A stretch of DNA of 63,914 bases, counting the filler, from Vannella sp. (Eukaryota), in the NCBI GenBank assembly GCA_023345925.1. It is 9 parts of 9 records of this genome, joined end to end, with 100 filler letters (N's around TTAATTAATTAA, not from the genome) between each part and the next. Parts side by side here need not be neighbours in the genome. Positions count along the whole stretch, not along the records: positions 45,655 to 54,156 come from JAJQQN010000243.1; positions 54,257 to 59,307 come from JAJQQN010000241.1; 7 more parts are not named here. One strand, 5' to 3'. Each line of letters begins with the position of its first letter. The stretch's first letter is position 1. This document shows positions 45,992 to 56,446 of this stretch, piece by piece. The position numbers and the translations under genes are program-made. Under the pieces are notes generated by a model. It did no database searches and was not told the DNA's origin. It was given only the letters and a program-made list of their open reading frames with translations.

Positions 45992-48072
45992 ATGGCGGCT
46001 GCCTGTCCGACTTGCAGCGATCCGTGAATGACGAAGCCCAATGGAAAATGAACTTTCTTTGTTTTGTCCACTCAATCCAACATGAATATTTAGAGCTCGC
46101 AAAAAGCTTCGTTTTTATCATCGCAAGTGGCAAGAAGGTCAACTTAACATTCTCTTGATGTCGCGATTGTCTTCGTGTTCTCTTTGGGCAGGGCAGCTCT
46201 CGTTCTACGAGCGGAATGGCTTAGACTCGTGGAATGTTGTCCCGGAGTATATGAGCAGCAACTCTTTCATCGCACGGCGCTACGCTGAAGTGATCCTTTC
46301 CTATCTCAGTGACTTGATTCAGGTAAGTCGTCATTGGGAGACCGTGTGTACCTCTAAGCCGTTGCAGAGCAAACGAGTGGATCACAAAGGAACCATTTAC
46401 CTCCTAGAAATGGGAGCTGGCACCGGGAAACTTGCATTCTTGGTCCAACAACATCTTCAGCAACTTGCAAACGCGTCGTTCCCTCGACTTCAGGAGCTGA
46501 AACTAGTCTACATCTTAACGGTAATAGAAAGGCTATCACTAGAACCGTCCTGATTGACCTGTCAAGGACTTTACAGACTCCATAGTCTCAACTTGGAATG
46601 AAGGAAGTGCCTTTGGCCCTGCCATTGCTCAAAAACGAGTTGACTTCGCCATTATCAATGCAGAAACGTGGAAAGCGACCGATGGGATTGAATTGAAGAT
46701 CTCTGGTGACAAGGTGGTGGCTGGAGAGTGCTTTCCCCTTATCGGTATTGGGAACTATCTTTTCGATAGTCTCAAACAGGACGCCTTCACGGTGCTACCT
46801 GAAAGTGGTGACCTAGAGGAATGGAAGGTGAACATTGTCTCTCCGCTTCGTACGGATGACGAAAACTTCATTTCTTCAGTCATTGGGACTTCTGCAATGG
46901 AGTGGTCTCGTGACTTTGTGCAGAACTTGGATGAGAGCAGAGCATCAGAGGATGGACCCTACGTTTTTGAATCGTACTTGAACCAGATTCTTCAACGGTA
47001 CCAGCGGGACTGTCAAGCAAGTGGGGCAAGCTTTGTCTTGCCTGTTGGGTCTCTCCGTCTGATTGAACAACTTCGTTTGTTTTCTGAAGGAGAGCTACTT
47101 ATTATTGCTGGCGATAAGGCACACAGCTATGCTCGGGAACTTGATGAGTTTAACGAGCCCCCCGATATCGTTAGCCATGAGGGCTGCTTTTCATTCACTG
47201 CCAACTTTGACGCGATTTCGAAATACTTTGAGCTTCACAGAGGACTAACATATCATCTCAACACAGAAACTCGCTTCCGAGTCTCAATCTTTGTCAGCCA
47301 ATCTGCTGAAGGAGGAACAAACGCACTCACACGAAGTCAATTTCCAGCTCTCACAGCAGCTGCTGATTCCTTGGACCACTTTGGACCAGAGAATTATTTC
47401 TCTATTTATGAGGGAGCCTCTTGGATGGGAAAATACTACAAAGAGATCCAGAAGAAAGCAAGTCCACTGCAACGGGAGAGAGCTTTCCAGGAGCATCTCA
47501 GCTTAATTCTATCTCACCTTCGTCTATCATGCTACGATATTGACCTATTCTGGGCATACCACAAGGCCATTCTAGCTTGCCTAACGAATCTACCCGAACA
47601 TAACCATGAGCATGAGATGGTGCAGCGAGTGTTGTACAGAATTTGGTCCCAATGCTATTTCCTTCCAGGTTGCTCGTCAGTCGATGTCCCATTTAGCTTA
47701 GGTGAGATGTTCCAAAGTATGGAGTTACCAGGACCGGCTGCAAAGTTCTTCGAGTACTCCGTGGCCCGCTTTCCAGACGATCCAGTTGCCGCTCTTTACA
47801 ATCTAGGAGTGTGTTACATGGAGACGACTCGTTTAGCAGAGGCATTGCAATGTTTTGAGAGATGCTCTACCATCTCAGACGATGAAGACATTCAAGAGAA
47901 GATCCTTTTACTCCAGCAGCAACTGGCTCCCCAAACTCCCGCCCTTGTCGCTCCTCGTCCGGTCCCAACGCGCGACCTGTTCATGCGAGGAATGAGTATC
48001 TCTCAAGAGGATTTTGCATCTGATGGTGCTACGCAGCTCATGAATACGCGCAATAAGGCCAAATATGCTTAA
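45992..48072 (+). CDS. MidA/NDUFAF7-like SAM-dependent methyltransferase with C-terminal TPRs
   Basis: SLWAGQLSFYERNGLDSW..VPEYMSSNSFIA, LLEMGAGTGKL (SAM motif I), GNYLFDSL, HEGCFSFTANF and TPR ALYNLGVCY. Three probable introns. Confidence 0.72.
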
Positions 48073-48096
48073 AGCTAGTTCATTTGAAGTTCCGTT

Positions 48097-51000
48097 TTAG
48101 TCGCTTTCCTCTCCTTCTTCCCCTTCCTCGTAATCATCCCCTTCTTCTTCTTCTTCTTCTTCCTCCTCCTCTTCTTCGACTTCTTCATCAGGGATTGAAT
48201 CTTGAATAAGCTGCATTAGTCGGGCGAGCTTCTTTTCTGTCAATCCACTGAAGGTGGGACTGCAAATTGCGTTCGAAAGAATGACATCAAGTTCCGAGAT
48301 AAACTCCAGAGTCTCTGGTGATTCCATAACTGATATTGGGAGTGGCTTGTTGAAGGTAAAGTGATTTCCATCGAGATGAACCCCACTGACGTTGCCTTTG
48401 ATACGTTTCCAGTTGCTGCCTTTGTGGACAAAGAGGGTGATGATCTGATTTAAGCTCGATCCAGCTGGAATCAAAGTCATCCGTTCAAGTCGGACTGAGT
48501 TATGCGTGTATTGCAGCAGTCCTGGGATGCCACACATTGAAGTTTCTCCCTTTGATGGAATGAGGTGGCAGAGCACCGAGTGCAAGTCCATCTTAATGTT
48601 CTTCCCGTTGTATTTCCAGATGGCTTGGTAAGGAAGACAGAGCTTCCCCAGAGTCACATCACCCTGTTGAGTTGAAATTGAATGATTCTCTTTACTCAGC
48701 AAGATGGCCCAAACGCGCATTCCCGCCGAGGGCACTCTGATATCCCCATGGACATTTGCTTCTTTGTAGAACAAAACAGCTTGGTTCTCTTTCGCTCCAG
48801 GGCAGTGACTCACAACGTCTCCTTTCATCTCTGAAAAGAGAGTGGCAAACTCCTCCTTTTGCTGATACAAAGCTGGCAACTTTTGCAAGACGGCAGCGCT
48901 GCACTTATCTGGATCTGAGATCGCGCTCTGAGATAGATTGACTCGCTTGAAGGTCACTTTGGCTAATCCATCATTGCGGAACGCAACAGCAAGAAGCAAT
49001 CGGAGAAAGTTGGCGTCCTCTTCCTCCATTGAAAGCAGGCTTTGTAGTTGAGACACTGATTTTTGGTCTTTTTGATTAAAGAGACAAAGCCACTGCTGGT
49101 GAGCTGGGAGAATGAGCTGTAATCTGCGTGCAGTTCCACAAACTCCATGTTGGATGGCATGGACGCGTTTAGTCGCCATTCCTAGGAAGTTTTGGCGTCC
49201 ATCAAAGAGTTTAATTGCGCTAAAAGCATCGGATAATAGGTTAATGTCCCTCTCGCGAGCTTGCTGAGCAGTTCTAATAGAGCGTGCAGCAGCAAAGTCC
49301 TTATAGTGAGATTGAATGAATGGAGAGAAGTAAGGCAACGTTGTCTGAGACAGTGCTGCAGCAATAATCAGAGTGTGGCAAACGAAGCGCCCACAACGCG
49401 CCCCCAACGCAACAAGGCGCCCTAGCCTCATGTCAAATGGAAGGTGAGCGAGGAATTGGCCAAGATTGGTAACAGTTGCTAGTCGGAGAGAGTCCAATGG
49501 AGTTGGAGGGTTGTTTTGGCGATTCAGCTTCTCAACAAAAGCAATGGCATCGTTTCCTGAGAGATTCTTAAGCCCATCCAGTTGTTTTGGAGTCCCATAG
49601 GAGCGTAGTAAGGATGGGTCGAGGACGAAGACTCCACTGTCGATGAGTTCAGAGACAGCACCGTCAATGGAGCTATTCTCTGGTGGCTGTAACGCATTCA
49701 GTAGACTCTGCCGCGGATCTGAGAATGGAGAATCCCTCGTTCCACGATCTGACAGATTCTTTAAGCGAAGAACGGTACGGCTCAGAGACAATCGGAGCAT
49801 CTCTGGTACATCATAAGGCTTCATGGAGTCTGAGAAGAACCGAAGTGGATACATTCGAATGGAAACACCGGGAAATAGTCTCCCACAGCGTCCTGAACGC
49901 TGTTTGGCTGATGCATGGGAAATCCAGGCAGTCTTCAGCGCGGTTATTTTACTTCGCATGTCAAATTCAAGCTGGCGGACCAGCCCAAAGTCGAAGATGT
50001 ATCGAACGTGGGGTATAGTCACCGAGGACTCTGCTAAGTTTGTGGACAGAATCACTCTAGTGACTCCTCCTCTCATTGGGAGGAGAACCATTTTGTGATC
50101 TTCGGTGCTTTGAAGGGAATGCATCAAAAAGAACTCCATTGTGCCCTTGAAATGCTTGGATTTGGTGTTCGTGGGAGCATTTGGAGCATTGTCTACATCT
50201 ATTGTAGGTGAGAACATGTCACGGAGGCTCCGTTCGATCTGCTCTATCTCCCTCATTCCAGGGAGGAAGATGAGAATAGCATTACCCTCAGAGTCATTCT
50301 GGTGCCGGCAAGCTAGAATCTCAATGAGACTTGGAAGGACTTTAAACATGTCTGGTTGAATCCCATCGACCGCAAGTAAGTCGGGTCGGAACTTGCCGGA
50401 AAGCTCTGTAAGATATCTTCGCGCTCCATTTGCCAAATGAGAGGCAAAGAGAGGATGGGATGCCAATTGATCAAGATAGATCTCTTCCACTGGGAAACGC
50501 TTCACTCCCACAAACATTCTGGGAACCTCCTTTCCTGGACCAAGGGCTTGTGCAAAGTAGTCTGCAAACATGGTAATGTCAAAGGTGGCTGACATTAGAA
50601 GAATCTTGGTGGTTGAAGAGGTTTGTTTCTTGGCCAATTGGCGCACCATCAAGTTAAGCAAGTCTCCATTGATAGAGCGCTCATGAACCTCGTCTAAGAT
50701 AAGATGAGAACAACTTGCAAAGAATTCTGGCTGATGAGTGAGCTTCTCTAGGAGCCAATCGCCAGTGACAAAGAGCAATCTTGTGGCTTTGTTCGAGCTT
50801 GACTCTTGCCCAATTTTGAAGCCAACCTCTTCTCCAAGGACGACACCCATCTCATGTGCTACACGGGTAGCCAAAGAGATTGCTGCAAAGCGGCGGGGTT
50901 GGGTGACAACAACAAAAGGTTTCTTCTGAGAACTCTTAGGGCGACTCAAAGCCTCTCTGAGCGCAAATTGGGGAACTTGGGAGCTCTTTCCACATCCTGT

Positions 51001-53136
51001 CTCTCCTTGAATAGCCACGATTTGGGAGTTCCGGATGTTACTGATGATCTCTTGTTCATATTCTAGAATCGGAAGTGCTCCGTCTTTGCCACTCCCTGCA
51101 GATTGAGGAGCTGCCATCGTTCGCGTTTGCGCCACTGGCTCGGACTTCTTCATCTGAGTCGCCGCCGGGTGACGCTTTTGTGGGAGACTCATTGGAGATG
51201 ACCCGCTCAGATTTAAAGGAACCAACAAAGGAGCGAATAGGTTGTTGATCTGAATCTGACAGGAGTCAAAAAGCAAGTCTTCAGGAATAGAATCTCCAAA
51301 AGGCACAAAAATGATGGAGAGGTATTGTGACAGAATTCTGGGCAGATAAGCAGAGTGGTCCAAGCCTCCTGGGAAAATTGCTGCTATTGACTTGGTTATC
51401 TTTGAGATAGCAGCGGTGAAGTCAGATTGTCGAAAGAGGTGCAGTGGAATGTGGATATATCTCAGAGATTCTGCCACATATTGAAGAAGTGGGCCGTGGG
51501 TGTAACGGTCAGGGCCTTCGATAAGGTGGTGGACAGATTGGGAGAAGCCCACCTGGAAGATTTGAAGCAGCCAATAAACCGTGCTGTTCATGAAAGAGTT
51601 GAGGGTCAAGGTAGAGGCAGTTGGCAGAGAATTCTCAAGACTAGAAAGGCTTCCCATGCTCTTTGATACCTTTTCATCCAAATCAAGCAACACACTTGTC
51701 AACAAGAGGGTGCAAAACTCCTTCGTGGTGAGCTTATGATTCCAATGATGGGAGGAAGCGACAATATGTTGCAACGCGAAAGCCTTCAACAACGCTGGAG
51801 TGCTCAACTCTTGAGCTGATTGGATGATAGAAGCTGGCAATTGAGTTTGAGTGACATCCTTCAGTTTGGTTAAGGGAAGATACAACCTCTCACAAGCCGC
51901 TTCCATTGAATCATCCACATAGAGCTGCGAAAGATTGGTGTATCCTGCTGGCAAGTACAACTCAAAGGGGACCTGGTGAGAGGCAAACTTGAAGCCAATC
52001 CGCCTGTGAAAAGTTGCATCAGCCAGTAGTGAGGAATCTTCACAAGGAGAGCTCCTAGTCTTCTCCAAAAAGTGAGAAGCGCAAGTGAGATGCTCGTTGA
52101 GGTCAGAAATATCCGCTCGGTCAGATTGGATCCACTCTAAAGGAATGTCCAGGTTCTTCGTGGTTGTCCGTGGCACTGCAGGGACAGACGCCTTTTGAGG
52201 CGTCGAGCGCTGTAGCAAATGAGGTGCGTTGTAGAAGTTGTACGTCTTCATCACTGCTGACATGAAATGCGCCTTCTTCTTCACTACTTTGAAAAGATGC
52301 TTTGGGGAAGTATCACCCTCACTGCGCAGCAGAAGATTCCGCAGTGTTGAAGCTATAGAGTCAAAGAAATTGGGCTCCTTTGGACTGAGACCGAAGGAGC
52401 GATAAAGGTCTGGAGAGGATGAAAGGATTGGTTTCGTAAAATCGTTTCCTGCAAGAGCGGAGAAAGCCCAAAGTAAGGACTCTGGCACACCCAGAAACTC
52501 TGCTATTTGAGTAGAATGGAAGATAGTCATCTGCAGAGACCCAGGAGACGTCCCTTCCACTTCAAGAAGCCGAATAGACTGGAGAGGGATGACACGACAG
52601 GGTAAGAAGAGGAAGTCTGCGTCGCTAGAGAGAATGCCAAAGATTGTGGGTCCTCTGCATAGTCCTGCGATGACTGGGTCAGCCTCTCCGTTGCAGTAAA
52701 CACTTTGGCACTCAAGCTCCTTGAGGATACTTTTGAAGAGCCTCGTTGCATGCTTGGGTTTGGTGGAGTAAGAAGGGTACTCTGTTACACCATTGGTCAC
52801 ACACAGCTGAGCAATAGAGTTGATGCGCCCTTCCTGGCGCTTCTGGAAGGTGGAAGACTTGTCATCGTTGTTTACATCGACGGCGCCGTCGAAGTAGAAG
52901 TCTAACTGAAAGCCCAAGTCCAAGAATGACTTGAGGAACTCCTCAATCCGTATCCGAAGGGAGTGGTAACACGCCAGCTCGCGTTCAAGAAAGTCCAACG
53001 GCTCCATGAGGCGGAAGAGCACCTGGGTGCCATCCACCAGTATGACCTTGTCAAGGCGATCCTTCATTTCCTCTTGCGTCACAACTGTTCGCTGGCCACA
53101 TCCTTCAGTGTAAGACCCTAAGTGGCTGATGCCCAT
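48097..53136 (-). CDS. Asteroid/XPG-type PIN nuclease domain fused to a DEAH/RHA RNA helicase
   Basis: N-terminal MGISHL, LVDG, YFDG, EADP, SSDADF and LAGNDF. Helicase motifs GETGCGKS, QPRR, DEVHER, MSAT, IFLPG, STNLAESSVT and QRSGRCGR, followed by an HA2-like region. Single intronless ORF. Confidence 0.9.
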   Translation of the reverse strand: MGISHLGSYTEGCGQRTVVTQEEMKDRLDKVILVDGTQVLFRLMEPLDFLERELACYHSLRIRIEEFLKSFLDLGFQLDFYFDGAVDVNNDDKSSTFQKRQEGRINSIAQLCVTNGVTEYPSYSTKPKHATRLFKSILKELECQSVYCNGEADPVIAGLCRGPTIFGILSSDADFLFLPCRVIPLQSIRLLEVEGTSPGSLQMTIFHSTQIAEFLGVPESLLWAFSALAGNDFTKPILSSSPDLYRSFGLSPKEPNFFDSIASTLRNLLLRSEGDTSPKHLFKVVKKKAHFMSAVMKTYNFYNAPHLLQRSTPQKASVPAVPRTTTKNLDIPLEWIQSDRADISDLNEHLTCASHFLEKTRSSPCEDSSLLADATFHRRIGFKFASHQVPFELYLPAGYTNLSQLYVDDSMEAACERLYLPLTKLKDVTQTQLPASIIQSAQELSTPALLKAFALQHIVASSHHWNHKLTTKEFCTLLLTSVLLDLDEKVSKSMGSLSSLENSLPTASTLTLNSFMNSTVYWLLQIFQVGFSQSVHHLIEGPDRYTHGPLLQYVAESLRYIHIPLHLFRQSDFTAAISKITKSIAAIFPGGLDHSAYLPRILSQYLSIIFVPFGDSIPEDLLFDSCQIQINNLFAPLLVPLNLSGSSPMSLPQKRHPAATQMKKSEPVAQTRTMAAPQSAGSGKDGALPILEYEQEIISNIRNSQIVAIQGETGCGKSSQVPQFALREALSRPKSSQKKPFVVVTQPRRFAAISLATRVAHEMGVVLGEEVGFKIGQESSSNKATRLLFVTGDWLLEKLTHQPEFFASCSHLILDEVHERSINGDLLNLMVRQLAKKQTSSTTKILLMSATFDITMFADYFAQALGPGKEVPRMFVGVKRFPVEEIYLDQLASHPLFASHLANGARRYLTELSGKFRPDLLAVDGIQPDMFKVLPSLIEILACRHQNDSEGNAILIFLPGMREIEQIERSLRDMFSPTIDVDNAPNAPTNTKSKHFKGTMEFFLMHSLQSTEDHKMVLLPMRGGVTRVILSTNLAESSVTIPHVRYIFDFGLVRQLEFDMRSKITALKTAWISHASAKQRSGRCGRLFPGVSIRMYPLRFFSDSMKPYDVPEMLRLSLSRTVLRLKNLSDRGTRDSPFSDPRQSLLNALQPPENSSIDGAVSELIDSGVFVLDPSLLRSYGTPKQLDGLKNLSGNDAIAFVEKLNRQNNPPTPLDSLRLATVTNLGQFLAHLPFDMRLGRLVALGARCGRFVCHTLIIAAALSQTTLPYFSPFIQSHYKDFAAARSIRTAQQARERDINLLSDAFSAIKLFDGRQNFLGMATKRVHAIQHGVCGTARRLQLILPAHQQWLCLFNQKDQKSVSQLQSLLSMEEEDANFLRLLLAVAFRNDGLAKVTFKRVNLSQSAISDPDKCSAAVLQKLPALYQQKEEFATLFSEMKGDVVSHCPGAKENQAVLFYKEANVHGDIRVPSAGMRVWAILLSKENHSISTQQGDVTLGKLCLPYQAIWKYNGKNIKMDLHSVLCHLIPSKGETSMCGIPGLLQYTHNSVRLERMTLIPAGSSLNQIITLFVHKGSNWKRIKGNVSGVHLDGNHFTFNKPLPISVMESPETLEFISELDVILSNAICSPTFSGLTEKKLARLMQLIQDSIPDEEVEEEEEEEEEEEEGDDYEEGEEGEESD

Positions 53137-53305
53137 CAGCAGGGAAGTGACGTTTTCTCGTTGCACGTTCCAGGAACCTATTTTCTTTTTTCTTTTTTTT
53201 TTCTTTTTTCGGTCGCAAAGAAATAAAATAATAAAATAGGGGTCAGTCCCAACCTTCTGCATTTGCTGTTCCTTCGTTGATGGTACAGACGTGAACAATG
53301 GGAGT

Positions 53306-54076
53306 TCATTGAAGAGAATCGTTGGAGAAGGCTACGGAGAAGTGCGTGACGAAGAGTTCGAGGGCGAGAGTAGCTTGTTTGGCAGTTTGGGGGTCGCTCC
53401 AATCACCACGGGCTCCGCACCATCCGTGAGGCATATCGTCGAAGCGTTGCCAGAGGCAGTTAGAAGCAAAGGGCTTCTGGAGTATCTCCTGACGCAGCTC
53501 CGCCATCTCAGGCTCATCTTTGCTCGGCAGAACAGCGATAGGGCACTGTACTGCCCTGGCATCCTCAATAGTGAGGAAAGAAGGGTGAGCCATCGCGCAC
53601 ACACTGAATCGCGCGTCTGCACCAAGCCGTATGGCTTGCTTGGCTCCCCAACAGAAGCCAACGGAGCCTAACTTCTTCAATGTGAAGGCTCGCTCTTCCT
53701 TGAGGTACGAAAGGACGTCTTCAACGTCTCGGCTAATCACATCCCAGCTACCTGCCTTCTCCAGCCAAGTCATAAGCTTCTCACGATCGAGTGGCATTAC
53801 ATGAGGGAAAGGCTTGCCTCGGAAGAAGTCAATAAGGACCACTACTGCACCAACGCCAACGGAGAGTCGCTCAGACATCTGCAAGACATTGGAGAGCACT
53901 CCAAAGATATCATACGCCACCAGAATCACAGGCAACTCGCCATTGACGTCTCCCGGAGGGCTGAAAATGAATACCTGGAAGTCCTTGATCTGTACAACCT
54001 CTCCTGAATGCTTGTATTCAGAGCCACTCAAAGGAGGAAGCGTATCCACGGGACAACAGCGAGCTTGATCACACAT
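53306..54076 (-). CDS. Dienelactone hydrolase family protein
   Basis: YDIFG, DFFRG, nucleophile motif GFCWG, AHPS and HGWCGARG. Confidence 0.92.
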   Translation of the reverse strand: MCDQARCCPVDTLPPLSGSEYKHSGEVVQIKDFQVFIFSPPGDVNGELPVILVAYDIFGVLSNVLQMSERLSVGVGAVVVLIDFFRGKPFPHVMPLDREKLMTWLEKAGSWDVISRDVEDVLSYLKEERAFTLKKLGSVGFCWGAKQAIRLGADARFSVCAMAHPSFLTIEDARAVQCPIAVLPSKDEPEMAELRQEILQKPFASNCLWQRFDDMPHGWCGARGDWSDPQTAKQATLALELFVTHFSVAFSNDSLQ

Positions 54077-54156
54077 GCTGTCCGGAGGAATAAAAAATGA
54101 ATCGCTGGCACAAGATGACTTCAAATTGAGTGCTTTATTTATGTGGAGAATTTGAC

Positions 54157-54256
54157 NNNNNNNNNNNNNNNNNNNNNNNNNNNNNNNNNNNNNNNNNNNN
54201 TTAATTAATTAANNNNNNNNNNNNNNNNNNNNNNNNNNNNNNNNNNNNNNNNNNNN
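54157..54256. other. Artificial contig linker
   Basis: N44-TTAATTAATTAA-N44. Confidence 0.98.
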
Positions 54257-54582
54257 ATAACAACAAGAACGTCAGAGCCATCATTCGGCTGAAGAGTAGC
54301 TTCCGGATGAATGCAAACGTCAATTGCTGGAAACCAGATGATCGCCAAGCTGCAGGAAAAGAGCTTGAATCTCCGCAACCTCATTACAGAACACTTACTT
54401 GTGTCACATTGCACTGAACGTTGGCACGTCCTTCATCGTCATTCTCGCAGTCGCAATCGGCGAACTGTTCCTTCCATGATGGAGCACCAGCAGCCAATTA
54501 GTGATTCAAAACTAAACAATTCCAAAGCGATCATTCAAATTGGTTCATTTTGGGGGCTCAGAGGACTCATTTCACCTTGGAG

Positions 54583-55873
54583 ATGGACGAGAACAAGCAG
54601 CCCAACATCCCCGATCTTCAACTGGCTCAGCTTCGCTTTCGCGCTGCTAATGGGGACGCTGCAGCAAAAGAGAGTCTGTTAGCAACTATCAAGGAGAAGA
54701 GTAGGTCTATCTGCCATGTCTGCCCTCGTCTCGCCAGCTCACCCTTTCCAACAAGACATGGCGCCGCTGTACATCTCCCTGTGTGAACAGTTTGGGTGGG
54801 AGATGGATGGACATCTTGTTAAAGTGATGCAGACAGCCAACGAGGAGCGACTCAAGGAATTGCAGGAGGTTCTACGAGATGCGGAAGAGAACTTTGGGGA
54901 TAACGAAGTTCGCGAAGCCTGCCTCGCCCGTGCCCATTTCTACTCCGAAATCGGATCAAAGGTAACTCCTTCCTTGCTTGCCAGCAGCCTTTACCCACAC
55001 TCCTGCTAGAGAGAGGCTGTGAAGGCGTACCGAATCACGGCAGAGAAAACCGTCCCTGTTGGCCAGCGCTTGGACGTTGTCTTCTCCCTCATTCGCGTGG
55101 GAATGTTCTTCGATGATCGTGACCTCGTCCGACGCAACGTTGAAAAAGCCAAACAGTGAGTGGTTTCCCCTTCCCCCTCCTCCCACTCACTCTGCCACAG
55201 CATGATTGAGGAAGGAGGAGATTGGGACCGCAGAAACCGGTTGAAGGTGTATGAAGCTGTGTTCCTCATGTCTATTCGCCAGTATGGGCGGGCCGCTGAG
55301 CTGCTCCTTGATACTCTGTCCACCTTTGTATCTTATGAGCTCTTTGATTACGACACTTTCGTCTTCTATGCTGTGATCACGAGTATCGCATCGCTCCCTC
55401 GTCCTAAACTCAAGCAAAAGGTTGTGGACGCTCCTGACATCCTCTCAGTCATCCACCGCATGCCCATTCTCTCCACACTTCTCAATTCGTTCTACAATAG
55501 CGAGTACAAAGAGTTCTTCGTCGCCCTGGCGCAGGTAGCTGATCGGGTGCAAGCCGACCGTCTTACTGCTCCTCATGCAGTGTACTTTTGCCGTGAGATG
55601 CGCATCCGCGCCTATTCTCAGCTTCTAGAGTCTTACCGAAGTGTGCAAATGTCTCTGATGGCCCGCCAGTTCGGTGTGAGCGAGGCGTTCTTGGACCGTG
55701 AGCTCTCTCGCTTCATTGCCAGTGGTCGTCTTCATTGTAAGATCGATCAGGTAGCTGGTATCGTTGAGACCACACGACCAGATGCCAAGAACGCCCAGTA
55801 CCAAGCTGCCATCAAGCAAGGAGACCTTCTTCTCAATCGCATCCAGAAGCTCTCGCGGGTCATTAACATTTAA
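54583..55873 (+). CDS. PSMD6: 26S proteasome lid subunit Rpn7
   Basis: [35 protein letters not shown] and [17 protein letters not shown]. Three introns. Confidence 0.96.
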
Positions 55874-56446
55874 GCTTCTTCATGTGCATGTGGTATCATG
55901 TGCTCGCAATATAACACTTCCACTGACCGAGATCAAGCGTGTTGTGAATGCATCACGGTTCATCAGAAACCTCCTTTTTGCAGAACTGGCTGTACTGGTG
56001 GTGCTTTGAGGGAGCAGGCTCATATATTACATGGTAGGTGTACATGCTGCTACGGAGTATCGTCTGGGAGGGGGTTGAGGAGAGAGTTGATGTCCATTCG
56101 TTGACGAACGAGTTCACTGTTCTGCTGAGATTCTCTTTCCCCCGTAACAGTACTAGCAGGGGACGCAACAGCAGTATGAGGGGGCTGGGGAAGTGGAGGA
56201 GCGACAGATGGTGGACCACTTCCCGAGGAAGGCTGAACTTCCAACTCTTTCGTTACATCAGAGACCACCAAGTGAGAAGACAGATGATCCCACTCATGCA
56301 CCTTCCTCTTCTTCTTCTGTTTGGGTGTAAACTGGATCCATGTGATGCCGCTCATGGCAGTTAAAGAAGATAAATCGCCGTAACGGTCCAAAACACACAC
56401 CAACCTCTAATTACCAATCAGAAGTGAGTGAAGTGGCCATATTTAT

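Noticed and set aside
53137..53298. Poly-Lys N-terminal extension of the 1733-aa helicase ORF
   Set aside because: It is a translation of an intergenic poly(A/T) tract. The PIN-type start MGI at 53136 is more plausible.
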